Shown here: piece by piece, positions 58,333-64,000 of the stretch
How the letters are laid out: each line of letters opens with the position of its first letter
Position numbering within the stretch: position 1 is the stretch's first letter
From: an uncultured virus (IMG/VR IMGVR_UViG_3300022074_000020)
Lineage: Duplodnaviria > Heunggongvirae > Uroviricota > Caudoviricetes > Kyanoviridae
Strand: one strand, 5' to 3'
Virus record (IMG/VR): IMGVR_UViG_3300022074_000020
Location: 1-64,000 of that record
DNA length: 64,000 nucleotides
Translations under genes and position numbers: made by a program
The notes under the pieces: generated by a model
The model's input: only the letters and a program-made list of their open reading frames with translations
Told to the model about the DNA's origin: nothing
Database searches by the model: none

Positions 58333-59984
58333 TGGCAGTTAAACAGGAAATTTACTTAGGTAATCCCAATCTAAAAAAGGCAAACGTTTCTACGAACTTT
58401 ACGAAGAAACAGATTGCTGAGTATTTGAAGTGCGCTCAAGATCCTGTTCATTTCATTAGAAAATATATCAAGATTGTTTCTCTTGATGAGGGTGTCATAC
58501 CATTTACAATGTATGACTTCCAAGAAGACATGGTAACTAAGTTCCATGAGAAAAGATTTAATATTGCCAAACTTCCAAGACAGTCTGGTAAATCTACAAT
58601 CGTTACAGCATATCTACTATGGTATGTACTATTCAATGACAATGTAAATGTCGCAATCCTCGCAAACAAGGCAGCAACTGCAAGAGAGATGTTGGGACGC
58701 CTACAGTTATCTTACGAGAATCTTCCTAAATGGTTGCAACAAGGTATACTGGGGTGGAACAAAGGATCCCTCGAACTGGAGAACGGTAGTAAGATTTTGG
58801 CTGCAAGTACTAGTGCTTCTGCTGTTCGCGGTATGTCCTTTAACGTTATATTTCTGGACGAATTCGCGTTTGTTCCGAATCATATTGCTGACCAGTTTTT
58901 CAGTTCTGTCTATCCTACTATATCTTCTGGTAAGTCCACAAAGGTTATTATCATTTCTACCCCTCACGGGATGAACATGTTCTACAAATTGTGGCATGAT
59001 GCGGAACGTGGTCAGAATGAATATCTACCAACAGAAGTACATTGGTCACAAGTTCCAGGCAGAGATGAGGTCTGGAAAGAACAAACTATCAAGAACACAT
59101 CAGAAGCACAGTTCAAAGTTGAATTTGAATGTGAATTCCTGGGCTCTGTTGACACATTAATCAGTCCTAGTAAACTCAGGACTATGGCATACCATGATCC
59201 AATTAAAGAGAACAGAGGTCTTGCACTGTTTGAATCTGTACAAGAAGACCATGATTATATACTAACTGTTGACGTGTCTCGTGGTGTAGGACATGATTAC
59301 TCAGCATTCGCAGTATTTGATACCTCAGAACTACCATATAAAATGGTTGCTAGATATAAGAACAACGAGATCAAACCAATCGTCTTACCAAATGTTGTGG
59401 TGGACGTAGCAAAGAATTTTAACAATGCATACATCTTATGTGAAGTAAATGATATTGGTGGACAGGTTGCGGATATTATTCAGTATGATCTGGAGTATGA
59501 AAATCTACTGATGGCATCGATGCGTGGTAGAGCAGGACAACAATTAGGTCAAGGGTTCTCTGGTAAGAAGACTCAACTAGGTATCAAGATGTCAAGTGCT
59601 ACCAAGCAAGTTGGATGTTCCAACCTTAAAGCATTGATTGAAGATGATAAATTAGTAATTCCAGACTACGACACTATTGCAGAACTAACTACCTTTATCG
59701 CAAAGGGTCAATCATTCCAAGCGGAAGATGGATGTAACGATGACCTAGCAATGTGTCTGGTTATATTCTCATGGATGGCAACACAACCATACTTCAAAGA
59801 GATGCATGATAATGATGTGCGTGCGCGGATCTATGAAGATCAACGAGACGCAATCGAACAAGATATGGCACCTTTTGGGTTCGTTTCTGATGGTATGGAT
59901 GACGAGTACTTCGCAGACGCTCAGGGCGATGTCTGGAAAGTCGCGGAATATGGAGATAAATCATACATGTGGGACTATAGATAG
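58332..59984 (+). CDS. g17: terminase large subunit gp17
   Basis: YLGNPNLK, Walker A PRQSGKS, Walker B IFLDEFAF, STPHG and nuclease DVSRG...DYS / DDL.M motifs. Confidence 0.97.
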   Translation: MAVKQEIYLGNPNLKKANVSTNFTKKQIAEYLKCAQDPVHFIRKYIKIVSLDEGVIPFTMYDFQEDMVTKFHEKRFNIAKLPRQSGKSTIVTAYLLWYVLFNDNVNVAILANKAATAREMLGRLQLSYENLPKWLQQGILGWNKGSLELENGSKILAASTSASAVRGMSFNVIFLDEFAFVPNHIADQFFSSVYPTISSGKSTKVIIISTPHGMNMFYKLWHDAERGQNEYLPTEVHWSQVPGRDEVWKEQTIKNTSEAQFKVEFECEFLGSVDTLISPSKLRTMAYHDPIKENRGLALFESVQEDHDYILTVDVSRGVGHDYSAFAVFDTSELPYKMVARYKNNEIKPIVLPNVVVDVAKNFNNAYILCEVNDIGGQVADIIQYDLEYENLLMASMRGRAGQQLGQGFSGKKTQLGIKMSSATKQVGCSNLKALIEDDKLVIPDYDTIAELTTFIAKGQSFQAEDGCNDDLAMCLVIFSWMATQPYFKEMHDNDVRARIYEDQRDAIEQDMAPFGFVSDGMDDEYFADAQGDVWKVAEYGDKSYMWDYR

Positions 59985-59995
59985 CATTTCATTTT

Positions 59996-60003
59996 TATAA
60001 ATA
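59996..60003 (+). promoter_or_regulatory. T4 late promoter of g18
   Basis: Exact intergenic TATAAATA; AGGAG RBS at 60036-60040. Confidence 0.85.
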
Positions 60004-60049
60004 ATCCTAGACAACAAGTGCAGGGCACTAAATCTAGGAGTTTTAAACA

Positions 60050-62305
60050 ATGGCAGCTAATCAATCCTCACCTGGAGTCGTAGTCCAGGAAAGAGATCTG
60101 ACAACTATTACAACATTATCCACCGCGAACGTTGGTGTGATTGCAGCACCTTTTGAATTAGGTCCTGTTGAATCAGTGTTGGAAATCGGTTCTGAAAGAG
60201 AACTTGTAGCACAGTTTGGTGAACCAAACGACTACAACTATGAGTACTGGTATACTGCAGCGCAGTTCCTATCATACGGTGGAGTACTAAAAACCATCCG
60301 TGCTGACAGCGATACTTTAAAGAATGCTGTTGATACAGGCACTGCACCAAAGATTAAGAATTTACAAGACTACGAGACTACATACGAGACTGCAAGTAAT
60401 AACTGGAATTGGGCAGCAAGAACTCCTGGTACTAAAGGAAACTCAATCGGTATCTTCATGACAGACTCTGGTGCTGACCAGATCGCTGTTGTTCCTGCTC
60501 CTGGATCAGGTAACGATCACGAGTTCGTTTCTGGTGAAGCACTTAGCGTTTCTGCTACTGGTGCAGCAGGTAAAGTTTTCAAATATAGCATTGTCCTTAC
60601 AGTTGGATCTGTAGTAGGATCATTCGTTCCTGGAACTACAACTTCAATCAGTATTTCTGGTTCTGCACAAACAGTTAATGTACTTGCATATGATGCAGGT
60701 AACAGAAAGATTGAAATCGGTCTTCCTTCTGGTGGTGTTACTGGTATCATTGCTGATGGTCAGACTATTACTCAGGGTTCTAACACTGCAGTAATCGAAA
60801 CTTCTGGTATCGAAAGACGTGTTTATGTCGCAAAAGACAAAGGTTCAGTTGACTTTGCTGCTGCTGACAGTATCGCTGATACTAACTCTACTGCTGTTGC
60901 AGTTAGTTTAGTAAGAGTTGAGTATGATGAGCGTGAGTATCTTCCAGGTCAGAAATGGGTTGAAGTTGCTCCTAGACCTTCAACTTCTTCTTTCACTAGT
61001 GCAAACGGTGGATTTAGAGACGAACTTCACATCCTCGTAACTGACGTTGATGGTAAGATCACTGGTAACGCAGGTACTGTTCTTGAGAGATACATCGGTG
61101 TTTCTAAAGCATCTGATGGTAAGTCTTCTCTTGGAGAGACCAATTACTACGTTGAAGTTATCAAGCAGAAATCTGCTTATGTCTTCTGGGGTGAGCACGA
61201 AACTACACTGTTTGCTGCTACTGCTTCTGCTTCTGCAGGTAACTGGGGACAAAGTGCTGCTTCTAGACAGTTCAACTTACTTCGCTCAACTGCAGGTACT
61301 GTAGATTATCCTGCAGGTGCAGTTACTCTTGGATCTGACGAGAACGCTACTTTCTACTACAGACTTGGTAGTGGTGCTGACTATGCACTTTCTGGTGGTG
61401 AGTATACTATTACTTCAGCAGGTCTTGCTACTGCATATGGATTGGTAGATGACCCAGAATCACAAGTCATCGACTTCATCTTAGCAGGTCCTTCTGGCGC
61501 AACTGATTCTGCTGCTATCTCTAAGGTTGCTGCTCTAGTCAGTATTGTTGAAGAAAGAAGAGACTGTATGCTATTCGTTTCTCCTCGTAGAGGAAACGTG
61601 ATTGGCGTCAGTAGCGCAGCAACTCAAACTGTTAATATCATTAACTTCTTTGATCAACTACCTAGTTCTTCTTACATGGTATTTGACTCTGGTTATAAGT
61701 ACATTTACGATAAGTACAACGACGTATACAGATACGTTCCTTGTAACGGTGACGTTGCAGGTCTTTGCTTACAAACAACTGAAGTTGCAGAACCATGGTT
61801 CTCACCTGCAGGTTTCGCTCGTGGTCAAGTTAGAAATGCTATCAAACTTGCATTCACTCCTAACAAGACTCAGCGTGACAGACTTTACTCTGCAAGAGTT
61901 AACCCAATCGTTTCCTTCCCAGGTCAGGGTATCGTTCTTTACGGTGACAAGACCGCACAGGCATTTGCTTCTGCATTCGATAGAATCAATGTTAGACGTC
62001 TCTTCCTCACTATTGAGAGAGTTATCTCTGGTGCTGCTAAGTCACAACTCTTTGAACAGAACGATGAGCAACAAAGAGGACTCTTCCTCAACATTGTTGA
62101 ACCATACTTGAGAGATGTTCAAGGTCGTCGTGGTGTAACTGACTTCTTAGTTAAGTGTGACAGCGAGAACAACCCACCTGAGTCTGTTGACAGAGGTGAG
62201 TTCAACGCTGAAATCTTTGTGAAACCAACAAGGACTATCAACTACATTACTCTGACTTTCGTTGCTACTAGAACTGGAGTTTCTTTCCAAGAAGTCGCAA
62301 GTTAA
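60050..62305 (+). CDS. g18: contractile tail sheath protein gp18
   Basis: SPGVVVQE.D, WFSPAG..RG, FDRINVRRLF and KPTRTINYI.L.F motifs. Confidence 0.97.
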   Translation: MAANQSSPGVVVQERDLTTITTLSTANVGVIAAPFELGPVESVLEIGSERELVAQFGEPNDYNYEYWYTAAQFLSYGGVLKTIRADSDTLKNAVDTGTAPKIKNLQDYETTYETASNNWNWAARTPGTKGNSIGIFMTDSGADQIAVVPAPGSGNDHEFVSGEALSVSATGAAGKVFKYSIVLTVGSVVGSFVPGTTTSISISGSAQTVNVLAYDAGNRKIEIGLPSGGVTGIIADGQTITQGSNTAVIETSGIERRVYVAKDKGSVDFAAADSIADTNSTAVAVSLVRVEYDEREYLPGQKWVEVAPRPSTSSFTSANGGFRDELHILVTDVDGKITGNAGTVLERYIGVSKASDGKSSLGETNYYVEVIKQKSAYVFWGEHETTLFAATASASAGNWGQSAASRQFNLLRSTAGTVDYPAGAVTLGSDENATFYYRLGSGADYALSGGEYTITSAGLATAYGLVDDPESQVIDFILAGPSGATDSAAISKVAALVSIVEERRDCMLFVSPRRGNVIGVSSAATQTVNIINFFDQLPSSSYMVFDSGYKYIYDKYNDVYRYVPCNGDVAGLCLQTTEVAEPWFSPAGFARGQVRNAIKLAFTPNKTQRDRLYSARVNPIVSFPGQGIVLYGDKTAQAFASAFDRINVRRLFLTIERVISGAAKSQLFEQNDEQQRGLFLNIVEPYLRDVQGRRGVTDFLVKCDSENNPPESVDRGEFNAEIFVKPTRTINYITLTFVATRTGVSFQEVAS

Positions 62306-62326
62306 AATTAAATAAAAACCTCTGAA

Positions 62327-62363
62327 AAAACGCTTTGTTCTAAATAATAGGACAAAGCGTTTT
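62327..62363 (+). terminator. 16-bp hairpin (probable terminator) with a late-promoter motif CTAAATA at its apex
   Basis: AAAACGCTTTGTTCTA-aataa-TAGGACAAAGCGTTTT; CTAAATA at 62340-62346. Confidence 0.7.
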
Positions 62364-62376
62364 ATATTAACCTACC

Positions 62377-62982
62377 ATGGCAGGAATTCAATCATTTAAA
62401 TCTAGAGTCAGCGGTGATTTTTCTAGACCTAACCTGTTCAAATGCGTCATTGACTTCCCATCGGTAGTCGCAGGCGGACAAGAAGCAGCAAAACTCGGTG
62501 AGTTTACCGTGAGAGCAGCGAACTTACCCGCAACACAGTTGGGTATTGTCGAAGTCCCTTACAGAGGTCGCGTACTCAAGATTGCAGGTGACCGTACATT
62601 TGAACCTTGGACCATCACTATCATGAACGATAAAGACTTCGTTCTTCGTAACGCATTTGAAAGTTGGGCACAGGGTGTTCAAGAGTATACTCAAAACGTT
62701 ACTACTGCAGGATCAGACGTTGGATCCTATTTCAAGGACATGAGAGTTATTCAGTATGATAGGTTTGGCGATCTAAAAGATTCAGCAGATGCAGAGGCAG
62801 ATCCTAAGGTTCTTGCAGAGTATCGTTTCTATGATACTTTCCCAACTAACGTTGCTGCAATCGATCTTGATTACGGAAGCAATGACGCTATCTCCGAGTT
62901 TACCGTAGAACTTCAAGTCCAGTACTGGAAACCAGTTTACAAGGGCGAGAAGACTGAAGGCGGAAAACAAACTAAAAAATAA
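62377..62982 (+). CDS. g19: tail tube protein gp19
   Basis: RPNLF, VPYRGR.LKIAGDRTFEPWTITIMND and FPT.V..I.L motifs. Confidence 0.97.
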   Translation: MAGIQSFKSRVSGDFSRPNLFKCVIDFPSVVAGGQEAAKLGEFTVRAANLPATQLGIVEVPYRGRVLKIAGDRTFEPWTITIMNDKDFVLRNAFESWAQGVQEYTQNVTTAGSDVGSYFKDMRVIQYDRFGDLKDSADAEADPKVLAEYRFYDTFPTNVAAIDLDYGSNDAISEFTVELQVQYWKPVYKGEKTEGGKQTKK

Positions 62983-62997
62983 GGTTTTAGAAAGTTC

Positions 62998-63004
62998 CTA
63001 AATA
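62998..63004 (+). promoter_or_regulatory. late promoter of g20
   Basis: Intergenic CTAAATA ~30 nt before the ATG. Confidence 0.65.
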
Positions 63005-63033
63005 AGACAGGAACAACAATACTATAGTATAAA

Positions 63034-64000
63034 ATGTCTCAACTCTTCGGATTTTCACTCCAGAGAGCAAAGAAGGTTCCTAAGGGACCTTCTTTTGTTC
63101 AGAAGGATAGTATGGATGGTACGCAACCGATTGTCGGTGGCGGTCACTATGGATACTCTGTTGATTTTGATGGGACTATTCGTAATGAATATGAACTGAT
63201 CTCTCGTTATAGAGAGATGGTTCTCCAACCAGAATGTGACAGCGCAGTAGATGATGTCGTTAACGAAACCATCTGCGGTAACTTTGATGATGTACCAGTT
63301 GAGGTTGAACTAAGCAACCTTAAGCAATCAGAAAAGATTAAGAAGTTAATAAGAGAGGAGTTCGATGAGATTCTCCGTCTTCTAGACTTTGATAATAGAT
63401 CTTATGAGATCTTCCGTCGTTGGTATGTTGACGGTAGATTATTCTTTCATAAGATCATCGACCCTAAGAATCCTCGTAGCGGACTTACAGAACTGAGGTA
63501 TATCGATCCTCGTAAGATTCGTAAAGTGACTGAGTTTGAATCGAAAGATCCAAACGCAATGCGTAGTGCAGATCTTAACACTCAACTCACGCAAACGTCC
63601 CATACTTACTATCTCTATAATCCTAAAGGATTAAGGAATACTACTAATCAGGGCATGAAGATTGCACCTGATTCTATCACTTATTGTCATTCTGGTATTC
63701 AGGATCTCAATAAGAACATGGTGCTATCGCACCTACATAAAGCGATCAAGGCAGTTAATCAACTCCGTATGATCGAAGACTCTTTGGTTATCTACCGTTT
63801 GAGTAGAGCACCAGAACGTCGTATTTTCTATATTGATGTTGGTAACTTACCTAAGAACAAAGCGGAGCAATACCTTCGTGAAGTTATGGGAAGGTACCGT
63901 AACAAGTTAGTGTACGATGCAAATACAGGAGAAATTAAAGATGACAAGAAGTTCATGTCAATGCTCGAAGACTTCTGGTTACCCAGACGAGAAGGCGGAC
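63034..64000 (+). CDS. g20: portal protein gp20 (runs off the window end)
   Basis: Read manually: MSQLFGFS..., LISRYREM..QPECDSAVDD.VNE, RRWYVDGR, NQLRMIED.LVIYR..RAPERRIFYIDVGNLPK and EDFWLPRREG. Confidence 0.97.
   Translation, partial: MSQLFGFSLQRAKKVPKGPSFVQKDSMDGTQPIVGGGHYGYSVDFDGTIRNEYELISRYREMVLQPECDSAVDDVVNETICGNFDDVPVEVELSNLKQSEKIKKLIREEFDEILRLLDFDNRSYEIFRRWYVDGRLFFHKIIDPKNPRSGLTELRYIDPRKIRKVTEFESKDPNAMRSADLNTQLTQTSHTYYLYNPKGLRNTTNQGMKIAPDSITYCHSGIQDLNKNMVLSHLHKAIKAVNQLRMIEDSLVIYRLSRAPERRIFYIDVGNLPKNKAEQYLREVMGRYRNKLVYDANTGEIKDDKKFMSMLEDFWLPRREGG

Noticed and set aside
58332..59984. Intein or intron in the terminase large subunit
   Set aside because: Continuous 550-aa ORF with normally spaced ATPase and nuclease motifs; no splice or homing endonuclease motifs
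2744..62970. Numerous short minus-strand and alternate-frame ORFs in the track
   Set aside because: They are shadows of long + strand genes with biased codon usage; no RBS, motifs or independent promoters
1..64000. tRNA, rRNA, integrase or transposase genes
   Set aside because: No cloverleaf or T-loop signatures in the short intergenic regions and no recombinase motifs seen; not checked computationally

Overview
This window comes from a T4-like marine cyanomyovirus (Kyanoviridae type). The host is probably Prochlorococcus, judging from the AT-rich composition, ptoX, pcyA and several Prochlorococcus-type small ORFs. All credible genes are on the + strand. Bases 1-2700 hold the end of an early region, with short hypothetical ORFs behind sigma70 consensus promoters, a terminator and an AbrB-like ORF. 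Bases 2700-52500 are the virion module: an 863-aa structural protein, PAAR, g25, g6, a giant 6588-aa g7-like wedge/fibre protein, two further structural proteins, g8, a VrlC-like protein, a 2100-aa fibre, then g13-g16. Bases 52500-58300 form the accessory island between g16 and g17, with basic modular proteins, ptoX, a thermonuclease, pcyA and many micro-ORFs. The window ends with g17, g18, g19 and the start of g20. The most notable observations are: (1) a Russian-doll nested and circularly permuted ~100-aa module in the giant protein; (2) a basic polyprotein-like ORF punctuated by gp21-type cleavage sites and a T4 capsid-targeting-like motif; (3) cupredoxin-type H..C-x2-H-x2-M sites in structural proteins; (4) strong GCTGG/CCAGC, AGCT and CCGG avoidance; (5) late promoters embedded in hairpins ahead of g18-g20. 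All calls come from reading motifs and gene order by eye; no database searches were run.
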